NCBI GenBank assembly: GCA_041686025.1 | Contig: JAWLEP010000011.1 | Coordinates: 42,712-67,833 of the forward strand | Length of the DNA: 25,122 bases | Source of the DNA: Candidatus Fermentibacteraceae bacterium | GTDB lineage: Bacteria; Fermentibacterota; Fermentibacteria; Fermentibacterales; JCC-6 | Direction: 5' to 3' | Shown: positions 1-8,351 of the stretch, one piece after another | How the letters are laid out: each line of letters begins with the position of its first letter | Position numbering within the stretch: position 1 is the stretch's first letter | Position numbers and translations under genes: made by a program | Notes under the pieces: generated by a model | Seen by the model: only the letters and a program-made list of their open reading frames with translations | The model's database searches: none | What the model was told of the DNA's origin: nothing

Positions 1-19
1 TGACGGCCGCGGAGGCTCA

Positions 20-49
20 TTGACAGCCCGAGATCGATCGGGGTAGATT
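20..49 (+). promoter_or_regulatory. Sigma70-type promoter for the first CDS
   Basis: TTGACA (20-25), 18-bp spacer, TAGATT (44-49); lies 60 bp upstream of ATG 110. Confidence 0.7.
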
Positions 50-109
50 CCGAAACGTTCAGACAACACGGAATAAGGCCACAATTCCATGGTACGAAGG
101 GGTTCCCAT

Positions 110-1627
110 ATGAAGTCTAAGATTCTGGTGCGGACTCTCATCGTTGTGCTCGCCGCCTTGCTCATATGGAGGATTCACAGCAGGGCAGAGAGCTATCGGA
201 TCCCGCGTGACGAGTGCCGGACGCAGCTGCTGTGGCTGTCCAAGGCGAACGTGAGGCACATGTACGAGAACGACGGGATGCCCGCGCCGAGTCTGGACAG
301 CCTCTCCAGCTACGCCGAAGAGGTCGGCTACCTCGACGCATCTCTCGCAGGCGACAGCGTGGTGCTGCGGGTCACGGAGATGGAGGGGATCTTCCGCAGG
401 GAGTCCATTCCCGAGGAATGGCCCTCCCTCTGGGACGACAGGGCCCTGAACACCATCAGGCAGGACAAGGAGATGGTGGAGGCCGACCTGGAGGATACGC
501 AGTCGCTGATCTCCGAGACCACCGGCCGGTACGGCCTCTCCGCCGACTCGCTGCTCACGGTGAGGGAGGCTTTCGTCAGGGCCGCTCCCCAGACCCCCGA
601 GGACAGGTTTGAGTTCCTGGAGGACAGGTTCGACCCCGACAGCTTCCCCGAGCTGTTCGCCGCCCTGGAGGAGGACCCCCTTCCCCCCGAGGAGATGGAG
701 GAGGTGAACCTGAGCGCAGCCGAGATCTTCGACCTCAGCATCGGCAGGAACATCGACTCCATGATCACCGCCAGGGAAGACCTGGCCGCCGAGGTGGACG
801 AGTTCCAGCGGGCGATCACGGCCTTCAACGACAGCATCGTGCCGGCGAGGCAGGACTCCGTGGCCAGGTCCGCCTTCACGGTATGCCCCATCGTATGGGA
901 AGCCGGCTACCACGACTCCCTCTACCACTACGACCCCAAGCTGGCCCTGGGAACCCAGTTCGCCATATCCTGCTCCAACCACAACCGCCACGGGGGAGTG
1001 GTGGGCGGCCTGGTGGAGAAGGACTACCCGGACTCCCTCTTCTACGAGGCCGACTGGCTCACCACCTACGTGCCGGTGCCCTTCGAGGAGTACGAGCAGA
1101 ACCGCCGCCTGGAGTCTTCCCGGGCCAACCTCTCCCGGGTGGTGGAGGAGCAGGCCGTCTACCTGGCCAGCAGGTACCCGGATGTGCTCAAACCCAGACC
1201 CGTGGACCGGCTGGACATCAACCTCGACGAGCTCGACGACCCCATGGGGGGCGACTACCTGTTCGAGATAACCGAGGACACCGTGTACACCTTCTACGAG
1301 AACCCCGAGGGACGCACGGCGCGGGCCAGGGGCGACGAGGTGCGGGTCCAGACCTGGAGGTTCGCCGGATGGGCCACCTCCAACCCGGACACCTCCCGGG
1401 TGGAGCTGTTCTTCATGGAGCCGCTGCGCCTTCCCAGCATCGCCGACGGCGCCCGGGCCGGAGACAACGACAGCCTGGTGGTGATACGCTACTGGGACCG
1501 CAGCGATCTGGGCACTCTGGGCGAAAGCACCCGGAACCTGGACCTTCTCGAGCAGCCGCGGTGGGAGTTCCTGCAGAGCTATGCGGAGAGGCATCCCGAG
1601 GTCCAGGAGGCCGCGGAGACCGAGTAG
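110..1627 (+). CDS. Membrane-anchored hypothetical protein, pilin/pseudopilin-like (505 aa)
   Basis: ATG 110 follows SD-like GAAGGGG (96-102) and is preferred over ATG 89. One N-terminal TM (ILVRTLIVVLAALLIW), then a pilin-like helix (ECRTQLLWLSKANVRHMYENDGMPAPSLDSL) and a later CP...ISCSNH motif. Strong GC3 coding bias. The CDS is secure; the function is inferred. Confidence 0.75.
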   Translation: MKSKILVRTLIVVLAALLIWRIHSRAESYRIPRDECRTQLLWLSKANVRHMYENDGMPAPSLDSLSSYAEEVGYLDASLAGDSVVLRVTEMEGIFRRESIPEEWPSLWDDRALNTIRQDKEMVEADLEDTQSLISETTGRYGLSADSLLTVREAFVRAAPQTPEDRFEFLEDRFDPDSFPELFAALEEDPLPPEEMEEVNLSAAEIFDLSIGRNIDSMITAREDLAAEVDEFQRAITAFNDSIVPARQDSVARSAFTVCPIVWEAGYHDSLYHYDPKLALGTQFAISCSNHNRHGGVVGGLVEKDYPDSLFYEADWLTTYVPVPFEEYEQNRRLESSRANLSRVVEEQAVYLASRYPDVLKPRPVDRLDINLDELDDPMGGDYLFEITEDTVYTFYENPEGRTARARGDEVRVQTWRFAGWATSNPDTSRVELFFMEPLRLPSIADGARAGDNDSLVVIRYWDRSDLGTLGESTRNLDLLEQPRWEFLQSYAERHPEVQEAAETE

Positions 1628-1691
1628 CGGCAGCCTGCGGGGCCGGCTGGAACCTCTTCGGTCCTGTGCGATATAGAATGGATGGATTGAA

Positions 1692-1717
1692 GGCAGGTGC
1701 CCGCGCGGGCACCTGCC
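1692..1717. repeat. Perfect 26-bp palindrome upstream of rpoZ
   Basis: GGCAGGTGCCCGCGCGGGCACCTGCC equals its own reverse complement; no U-tract follows. Confidence 0.9.
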
Positions 1718-1736
1718 CATCTAATGGAGGTCACAG

Positions 1737-1961
1737 ATGAACGACTTCGAGAAGATCGAGGAGAAGGCATCCACGACGCACAACCAGTACCTTCTCTCCC
1801 TGGCGATGGCCAAGCGGGTCCGCAGCCTCCGCTCCGGCGCTCCCACCCTGGTGGAGGGCATCAAGGGGCGGGTGGAGCCGATCAGGGCCGCCATGGCCGA
1901 GTTCGCCGGTGACATGATAGCCTACCGCATTCCCAACCATGACGGGGGCGGGGAGAATTAA
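1737..1961 (+). CDS. rpoZ: DNA-directed RNA polymerase subunit omega
   Basis: 74 aa. NQYLLSLAMAKRVRSLRSGA and EPIRAAMAEF match the omega motifs (NRYxLVxxAAKRARQL; KPxxxALxE). SD GGAGG at 1726-1730. Confidence 0.85.
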   Translation: MNDFEKIEEKASTTHNQYLLSLAMAKRVRSLRSGAPTLVEGIKGRVEPIRAAMAEFAGDMIAYRIPNHDGGGEN

Positions 1962-2040
1962 CCGGCACGCTTCTCGATTTCGTCCGCTGTCCGATGCAGA
2001 ATGTACGTCAGGAAGTCAAAGAGGAAAGGGAGTCTGGCAA

Positions 2041-3321
2041 ATGAAGCTATTTCTACTGCTCACATTGCCCGCCGTCTCGCTTCTGCTGGCCTGCGGGGCC
2101 CAGAACGCCGGGCCGGCCGAGTCAGCTGAAGGGGAGGGCGAGGTTCTGGCCACCGTTGGCGACACCGTGATAACGGCCCAGACAATCCGCGGGGAGCTGG
2201 AGAAGATCCCGCCCCACCAGAGGGCCAACTTCGAGACTCCCGAGGGCAGGAGGATACTCCTCGACCATCTGGTGGAGCGGCAGCTCCTGCTGCAGGCCGC
2301 CATAGACGCCGGCCTGGAGGAGGACTCCTTCGTGGTGGCCCAGGTGGAGGAGGCCATGCGCCAGATGGAGGCCGCCCGGCAGCGGGCCCTGATCCAGAGC
2401 TACTACGAGAAGGTGGTGGTGGACTCCGTCGAGGTCCCCGAGGACAGCATAGTGGCCTACTACGAGGAGCACGCCGACGACATCTACCACCAGGACGCGC
2501 AGGTGAAGGTGGCTCACATACTGGCCGAGGATCAGGCCGCAGCGGAGGCGGCCCTGGAGGCCGTTCAGAGCGGCATGGAGTTCGCCGAGGCCGCCGAGTC
2601 CCTCAGCACCCACTCCCCCACCGCCCCCTCCGGCGGAGAGGTGGGCTGGGTGAGGACCGGAGCCCCCATCCCCTACCTGGGATCGCAGCCCGAGCTGGCC
2701 AGGACCCTCTTCGAGACGCCGGTGGGCGAGCTGGTGGGGCCGGTGGAGACCGACCTCGGCTGGCACGTCTTCACCGTGCAGGAGAGCCGCGAGGAGGGCG
2801 CCAGGCCCCTGGACGAGGTCCGGGACCAGATAGTGCAGGCCATCCGTCCGGGCATGGTCAACTCCTTCTTCAACCGGGACGTGATCCCCAGCCTGCGGGA
2901 GCGTTACACCGTCAGCATCAACGATGACGCCTTCCTCCCCGACGAGAGCGTGCCTGCGGACTCCCTGATGACCATGGCTCAGGAGCTGATGGAGAGAAGC
3001 CCCGAGCAGGCCGTCCGCTACTTCCAGCTCTTCCTCGAGAGGTACCCCGAGGACGATCGGGCCTACCAGGCGCAGTTCCTGATCGGCTTCACCTACTCGG
3101 AGTACATGCAGGACTACGACGCCGCCGCCGAGGCCTTCCGGACCGTCATCGACAACTACCCCGAAAGCGACATGGCGGACGACGCGGAGTTCATGCTGGA
3201 GAACATGCAGACCCCGGCCGACCAGCTGATCCCTGCCGAGGAGGACGGGGAGCTTCCGGAGGAGGCCGTCCCCGATGAGGCCTTCGAAGAGCCGGCTCCG
3301 GGGGAGACCCGGCCCGAGTAG
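2041..3321 (+). CDS. PpiC/parvulin peptidyl-prolyl isomerase lipoprotein with C-terminal TPR domain (426 aa)
   Basis: ATG 2041 after GGAAAGGGAG. Lipobox LLAC. SurA/PrsA-like N-domain (VLATVGDTVIT, LLDHLVERQLLLQAA). Parvulin motifs VKVAHIL, FAEAAESLS, GGEVGW, GPVETDLGWHV. TPR-like FLERYPEDDRAYQAQFLIG...VIDNYPES. Acidic tail. Confidence 0.9.
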   Translation: MKLFLLLTLPAVSLLLACGAQNAGPAESAEGEGEVLATVGDTVITAQTIRGELEKIPPHQRANFETPEGRRILLDHLVERQLLLQAAIDAGLEEDSFVVAQVEEAMRQMEAARQRALIQSYYEKVVVDSVEVPEDSIVAYYEEHADDIYHQDAQVKVAHILAEDQAAAEAALEAVQSGMEFAEAAESLSTHSPTAPSGGEVGWVRTGAPIPYLGSQPELARTLFETPVGELVGPVETDLGWHVFTVQESREEGARPLDEVRDQIVQAIRPGMVNSFFNRDVIPSLRERYTVSINDDAFLPDESVPADSLMTMAQELMERSPEQAVRYFQLFLERYPEDDRAYQAQFLIGFTYSEYMQDYDAAAEAFRTVIDNYPESDMADDAEFMLENMQTPADQLIPAEEDGELPEEAVPDEAFEEPAPGETRPE

Positions 3322-3329
3322 CGCTTACC

Positions 3330-3360
3330 AGGGGCCCGGCGGGTTCGCCGGGCCCTTTCT
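3330..3360 (+). terminator. Intrinsic terminator after the PpiC gene
   Basis: Stem GGGCCCGGCG (3332-3341) / CGCCGGGCCC (3346-3355), 4-nt loop, followed by TTTCT. Confidence 0.75.
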
Positions 3361-3451
3361 CCATCCCCGCCGTTGCCCGCGGAGGGGCTCTGGGCAATAT
3401 TCGACCCAGCGACTGCCTGTCGGATCCTACATCCACTCCGGAGGTAACCCC

Positions 3452-5128
3452 TTGTCCAGAAGAGCGCTGCTTTCGATTCTGACCCTGCTGCTGGCCGCCG
3501 CCGGATGCAGGGACACCGGCGTGGACGACAGCACACCGGAGGGCATGGCGCGCCTGGCCGAGCGCAGCCTGGAGGAGGGCGACTACGCCGAGGCCCTGGA
3601 GGGCTACGAGGAGGCCCTGAGGCTGGACGCCCATCCCGATGGAAGGCCCTCCTGGGAGCTGGGCAGGGCCCGGGCCCTGCTGGGCCTGTCCCGCTGGGAC
3701 CGGGCCGCAGTCGCCGCGGGAAGGGCACTGGAGCTGGCCCGCGACCCGGCGGTCAAGGGAGCGACGAGGCTGGTGCTGGCCCAGGCCAGACACGGGGCCG
3801 GGGATATGGAGTCGGCCGCCGACCAGCTGGCCCTGCTGGACCCCGAGGACCTGGACGGGGAGCAGGTGGATGTGGCCGTGTCCCTGGCCAGGGCGGTCCT
3901 GGAGGACCTGCGGACGGAGAAGGTCTCCGCCCTGAGGGACGCCGGCTGGCTGGAGCTGTTCGTTCTCCTGGAGCTGGAGGACCGCTACTACGCCTCCGGA
4001 GACACCGAGCGGGCCGCCCTGGTCGGCTCCGAGATCGACAGGCTGTACCCGGAGGCCCACCGCGTATACGGCCGGCCGGAGACCAGGGACGTGGAGAAGC
4101 CCTACATGGCGCTTCTGATCCCGCTGTCCGGGCATGACGTGTCCGTCTACGCCCGGGAGGTGAAGAGGGCGACGGAGCTGGCCTTCTCCCGGGCGGAGGG
4201 AACGATGCCGGGCCTCCCGGAGCTGGTGGTGGTGAACTCCGGCAGCGAGACCGGAAGCCTGGAGCGTCTGCTGGCCCCCCTGGGCGAGGACCGCCACTGC
4301 CTGGCCGTGATCGGTCCGCTCACCAGCAGCGCCACCATTGGCATAGCGCCCCTGGCCAGGGAGTACCGGCTTCCGGTACTCTCCCCCACCGCCACCTCCT
4401 CGGATATCGACCGGCTGGGCAGCTACGTGCACCGTCTCTCCGTGGGGGGCGGCCGGGAGGCGGCCGCCATGGCGGAGTACGCCGTGGTGAAGGGCGGCAT
4501 GGAGCGACTGGCTGTGATACACAGCTTCGAGGCCCGCTCCACCGACCTGGCGGAGAGCTTCGCCTCCTCGGTGCGGTCCATGGGAGCGGCGGTGGTGGCC
4601 ATGGAGGGGTACCAGCGGGGGGCCACGGACTTCAAGGACCAGATACTGGCGGTGAAGGCGGCCCGTCCCGACGGCATCTACCTACCCGTCGACGCCTGGG
4701 ACGCGGTGCAGATCGCGCCCCAGCTCCGGTTCTACTCGCTGGACCTGCCGCTGCTGGGTTCCTCCGGCTGGGACGACCAGATGCTGACCAGGCAGGGAGG
4801 GGAGTACGTGGACGGGGCGGTGTTCCCGGCCAGCTGCGACGCAGGCTCCCTGTACCCCCCGGCGGCCAGGTTCAACTACTTCTACCGGCGGCAGTACGGC
4901 GAGGAGCCCTCGGAGGTGGCGGCCCAGGCCTACGACGCCGCGCAGATCCTGCTGTCGGCCTGGCAGCGGGCCGGAAACGACCGCGCCGGAATAGAGCGCG
5001 CCCTGGCCTCCATGGGCGTACACGCCGGCGCCACCGGGCGCTGCACTCTGGGAGCGGCCGGGGGCGCCTCCCGGGTGCAGGTGCCGCTGATGAAGGTGAG
5101 CGAGGGAGAGGTGCTCCGCCTTGAGTAG
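3452..5128 (+). CDS. LpoA/LppC-like lipoprotein: N-terminal TPR plus type I periplasmic-binding-protein domain (558 aa)
   Basis: TTG 3452 after SD GGAGGT (3440-3445). Lipobox AAGC. TPR (GDYAEALEGYEEAL). PBP1 motifs ALLIPLSG, AVIGPLTS, LPVLSPTATS, TDFKDQI, AAQAYDAA. The TPR plus PBP1 architecture matches penicillin-binding-protein activators. Confidence 0.75.
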   Translation: MSRRALLSILTLLLAAAGCRDTGVDDSTPEGMARLAERSLEEGDYAEALEGYEEALRLDAHPDGRPSWELGRARALLGLSRWDRAAVAAGRALELARDPAVKGATRLVLAQARHGAGDMESAADQLALLDPEDLDGEQVDVAVSLARAVLEDLRTEKVSALRDAGWLELFVLLELEDRYYASGDTERAALVGSEIDRLYPEAHRVYGRPETRDVEKPYMALLIPLSGHDVSVYAREVKRATELAFSRAEGTMPGLPELVVVNSGSETGSLERLLAPLGEDRHCLAVIGPLTSSATIGIAPLAREYRLPVLSPTATSSDIDRLGSYVHRLSVGGGREAAAMAEYAVVKGGMERLAVIHSFEARSTDLAESFASSVRSMGAAVVAMEGYQRGATDFKDQILAVKAARPDGIYLPVDAWDAVQIAPQLRFYSLDLPLLGSSGWDDQMLTRQGGEYVDGAVFPASCDAGSLYPPAARFNYFYRRQYGEEPSEVAAQAYDAAQILLSAWQRAGNDRAGIERALASMGVHAGATGRCTLGAAGGASRVQVPLMKVSEGEVLRLE

Positions 5129-6005
5129 CTGGTGGGGCATCGACGTCGGAGGCACCAAGGTCCTGGTGGGGCGGCTGGCGGGCGGGGCCTTCCTGGAGGA
5201 GGGCACCATACCCACCGAGACGATGGATTCCCCGGAGGACGTGGTCTCCGCAGTCTCCCGGCTGATACGCCACCGCGACCCCTCCCCCCTGGGCGCCGGC
5301 GTGGGGGTGGCCGGGCTGGTGGACGGAGCCCGGGGGCTGCTGGTGAGCTCGCCCAACATGCCCGCCTGGCGCGACGTCCCCGTGCAGGGGATGTTCTCGA
5401 AGGCCCTGGACACGGGGGTGACGGTGGACAACGACGCCAACGCCTTCGCCTTCGGAGCGGTGAGAGGCGGGCAGATCCCTCCCCGGGGCACCTGGCTGCT
5501 GGTGACCCTGGGCACCGGCATCGGGGGAACCGTGGTCCATGACGGCCGCATACTCTACGGAACCGGTTTCGCCGGGGAGTTCGGCCACATGACCGTGATG
5601 GCCGACGGCGAGAGGTGCGCCTGCGGCTCCACGGGGTGCTGGGAGCTCTACGCCTCCAAGCGCTCCCTGTCCGGCTACTACGCCCGGGCGGGGGGCGATG
5701 AGGGCATCGACCCCAGGGAGTTGGCCGCCAGGGCCCGCAGGGGCGAAGAGGCGGCCCGGGGGGCCTTCGAGGAGTTCGGCGCCTGGCTGGGGGTGGGCAT
5801 GGCCAGCCTGGGCTGCTGTCTCAGTCCCCACGGTTTCGTCCTGGCGGGGGGTCTGGCCGGTGCCTTCGACCTCTTCAGCCGGCGCATGGATGCCGTCTTC
5901 GCCGAAAGGTGCCATCTGGACCTGCACGTGCGCACCCTTCCCGAGGTGCGCGAGTCCGGGGCCCTGGGCGCGGCCCTGATGGCCCGGGAGGCCTTCGGGG
6001 GATGA
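5121..6005 (+). CDS. ROK family sugar kinase (glucokinase/GlcNAc kinase-like)
   Basis: GIDVGGTK, DNDANA, TLGTGIGG, AGEFGHM and the Zn motif CACGSTGCWE. No N-terminal HTH, so a kinase rather than a repressor. TTG start overlaps the upstream gene by 8 bp. Confidence 0.9.
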   Translation: MSSWWGIDVGGTKVLVGRLAGGAFLEEGTIPTETMDSPEDVVSAVSRLIRHRDPSPLGAGVGVAGLVDGARGLLVSSPNMPAWRDVPVQGMFSKALDTGVTVDNDANAFAFGAVRGGQIPPRGTWLLVTLGTGIGGTVVHDGRILYGTGFAGEFGHMTVMADGERCACGSTGCWELYASKRSLSGYYARAGGDEGIDPRELAARARRGEEAARGAFEEFGAWLGVGMASLGCCLSPHGFVLAGGLAGAFDLFSRRMDAVFAERCHLDLHVRTLPEVRESGALGAALMAREAFGG

Positions 6006-8188
6006 CCTCCCTCCTCCTCCTGCTGGCCCTGGCGGCGGGCGAAGAGGCCGACAGCACCGAGGTCCCCCAGATGGAGACGATAGCCTACCGGGCCGACTCC
6101 ATGGTCTACGACGCCTCCTCCGGAGACCTGGTGCTCCTGGGGGCCGGCGTGGTGGACTACCGGGAGATGTCGCTGGAGGCGGACACCATCCTCTACGCCA
6201 CCTCCACCAATATCGTGAGCGCGTCGGGGCAGCCGGAGCTCTTCGACCGCGGAGAGAGCGTGCGCGGGGAGAGCATGGTCTACGACATGGACACCCGGCG
6301 GGGACGGATAAGGAACCCCGACTCCGAGTACGAGATGGGCTTCTACACCGGCGAGAGCGTTACCCGCATAGGCCGCAACGAGTACAACATAGTCAACGCC
6401 AGGTTCACCACCTGCGATCTGGACTCCGCCGTCCACTACCACTTCTACAGCCCGGTGATGAAGGTATATCCCAAGGACAAGGCCGTCTGCCGGCCAATCG
6501 TGATGTACGTGGACCAGACCCCCGTCTTCTACTGGCCCTGGATGGTGTTTCCCATCAGGCGGGGAAGGCAGTCGGGCTTCACCCTTCCCACCTTCGGGAT
6601 CACCGCCCGCGACGGCCGCTTCCTGCGGGACCTGGGCTACTACTTCGGCTTCTCCGACTACCAGGACCTGCTGATCGAGGGCGACATCATGGAGAAGAGC
6701 AGGATGTCTCTGAGCGTCCGGGAGCGGCACGTGGTCCGCTACCTGATGGACGGCGAGCTCTACACCGAGTGGCGGAGGGAGTTCCGGGAGAAGCGGGACC
6801 GGTGGTTGATCAGGGGAGACCACTTTCACGACTTCCCCGACGGAACCGCGCTGCGGCTGCAGGCGGAGTTCACCAGCGACCGTTTATACCTCGAGGAGAC
6901 CCAGCCCGACCCCGAGGACAGGCTGGAGCGGGAGATGCGGTCCTGGCTCAGCGTCAGCAGGACCTTCGGACGGGCCAGCTTCGAGGCGGTGGTGGACCGG
7001 ACCGCCTATCTGGACACCGACCCCGACTCCATAGAGAACGAGCTGGAGAGCGAGACCGAGCTGCCGGACATCCGGATGAGCATTCCCTCCGCCCCCCTCT
7101 TCGACGCACCCCAGTCGCCGGACGAGAGGAGGATCTACCACTCGGTCTACTGGAGCCTGTCCGGACACTACCTGGCCAGGGACGTGGAGCGCGAGGAGAC
7201 CCGCCTGGTGAACTCCGCCGGAAGCGCCAGGCTGAAGCTCTCCGCCTCCGAGAGGCTGGGGGGATGGCTCAGCCTCACCCCCTCGGTATCGGGAACCGCC
7301 ACCGCCTACGACCGGGACCGCCGGGGCGAGAGGCTGCCGGCCTGGGCCCATACATCCACCGGGCTGAGGCTCTCCACCGACATCTACGGTATCTTCGGCA
7401 CCCGGCTCTTCGGCCTGGCCTCCCTCCGGCACACGGTTACCCCGTCCGTTAACTACTCCTGGTCTCCCGGAACCTACCTGAGGCTGGGGGAGGGGCTGGA
7501 GAGCACGGCCGAGGCGGAGAGCACCTTCTACAGCTTCTCGGACTTCCGCGTCCCCGGCAGCCGGAGCAGCGTGAGCCTCTCGCTTAACAACAGGCTGGAG
7601 GGGAAGCGGATACACAGAGACGAGGTGCAGAAGCTGGACATCGCCAACCTGGGCATCTCCACCACCCTCGACCTGCAGGCCGAGGAGAGGCCCTTCTCCA
7701 ACGTGCTGGCCGGCCTGGAGCTCTACCCCACGTCGGGGAGCTCCTTCCGGGCCGAGGGTTCCTACGACCCCTACGACGGCGAGATGGACGACCTCTCCTT
7801 CAGCTCCTCGATACGGCTGACCGGGACCGACCCCACCTTCACCTTCCGGGACTCGGCGGGGGCCGAGTTCCTGGTTGACGAGATGCCGTGGATGGTGAGC
7901 CTGAGCCACAACTACCGGCTGGGACTGGGGGGAAGGGACGACATCAGCAAGCTCCGGCTGAGCTCGTCGCTGAACCTCACCCCTTCCTGGGAGATAAGCT
8001 ACAGCGCCTACTACGACGTCACGGAGACCGATTTTATCAGCCAGTCCTACACGCTCCGCAAGGACCTTCACTGCTGGGAGGCGATGTTCGTCAGGCACGT
8101 CTCGGACGTGGACTCCGGATTCTACTTCCGCATCAACATCAAGGAGCTTCCGGACATCAAGGTGGAGCAGCACGTTTCGAACTTTTAA
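6002..8188 (+). CDS. lptD: LPS-assembly outer membrane protein LptD (728 aa)
   Basis: ATGA overlap with the ROK gene. OstA-like N-domain (YRADSMVYD, LEADTI), FTTCD, RQSGFTLP, LRDLGYYF, amphipathic beta strands, C-terminal KDLHCWE...FYFRINIKELPDIK typical of FCB-group LptD. Confidence 0.85.
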   Translation: MTSLLLLLALAAGEEADSTEVPQMETIAYRADSMVYDASSGDLVLLGAGVVDYREMSLEADTILYATSTNIVSASGQPELFDRGESVRGESMVYDMDTRRGRIRNPDSEYEMGFYTGESVTRIGRNEYNIVNARFTTCDLDSAVHYHFYSPVMKVYPKDKAVCRPIVMYVDQTPVFYWPWMVFPIRRGRQSGFTLPTFGITARDGRFLRDLGYYFGFSDYQDLLIEGDIMEKSRMSLSVRERHVVRYLMDGELYTEWRREFREKRDRWLIRGDHFHDFPDGTALRLQAEFTSDRLYLEETQPDPEDRLEREMRSWLSVSRTFGRASFEAVVDRTAYLDTDPDSIENELESETELPDIRMSIPSAPLFDAPQSPDERRIYHSVYWSLSGHYLARDVEREETRLVNSAGSARLKLSASERLGGWLSLTPSVSGTATAYDRDRRGERLPAWAHTSTGLRLSTDIYGIFGTRLFGLASLRHTVTPSVNYSWSPGTYLRLGEGLESTAEAESTFYSFSDFRVPGSRSSVSLSLNNRLEGKRIHRDEVQKLDIANLGISTTLDLQAEERPFSNVLAGLELYPTSGSSFRAEGSYDPYDGEMDDLSFSSSIRLTGTDPTFTFRDSAGAEFLVDEMPWMVSLSHNYRLGLGGRDDISKLRLSSSLNLTPSWEISYSAYYDVTETDFISQSYTLRKDLHCWEAMFVRHVSDVDSGFYFRINIKELPDIKVEQHVSNF

Positions 8189-8290
8189 TTATAAGTTCTT
8201 GACCCCATAATTCAGGTCTTCTAATACCCTCGGCCCACCTCCTCCGCGCACAGCCGTGGCCCCCGCTTTTTCCGCTCTGTACGGTGGTCC

Positions 8291-8319
8291 TTGACAACTT
8301 GACCCAAGGGCTCTACAGT
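8291..8319 (+). promoter_or_regulatory. Sigma70 promoter of hup
   Basis: TTGACA (8291-8296), 17-bp spacer, TACAGT (8314-8319); SD GGAGG at 8337-8341. Confidence 0.8.
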
Positions 8320-8351
8320 ACGGTAAACAGCCTTCTGGAGGGGGGTGAGCA

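Noticed and set aside
26..43. Dyad CCCGA-GATCGA-TCGGG in the promoter spacer as a MerR/SoxR operator
   Set aside because: The spacer is 18 bp rather than 19-20, the dyad is short and GC-rich, and no MerR-family gene is visible.
3373..3401. TTGCCC-N13-GGGCAA inverted repeat and possible TTGCCC-N17-AATATT promoter
   Set aside because: Only 6-bp arms in GC-rich DNA and a weak -10. Plausible but not supportable, and it does not match CIRCE.
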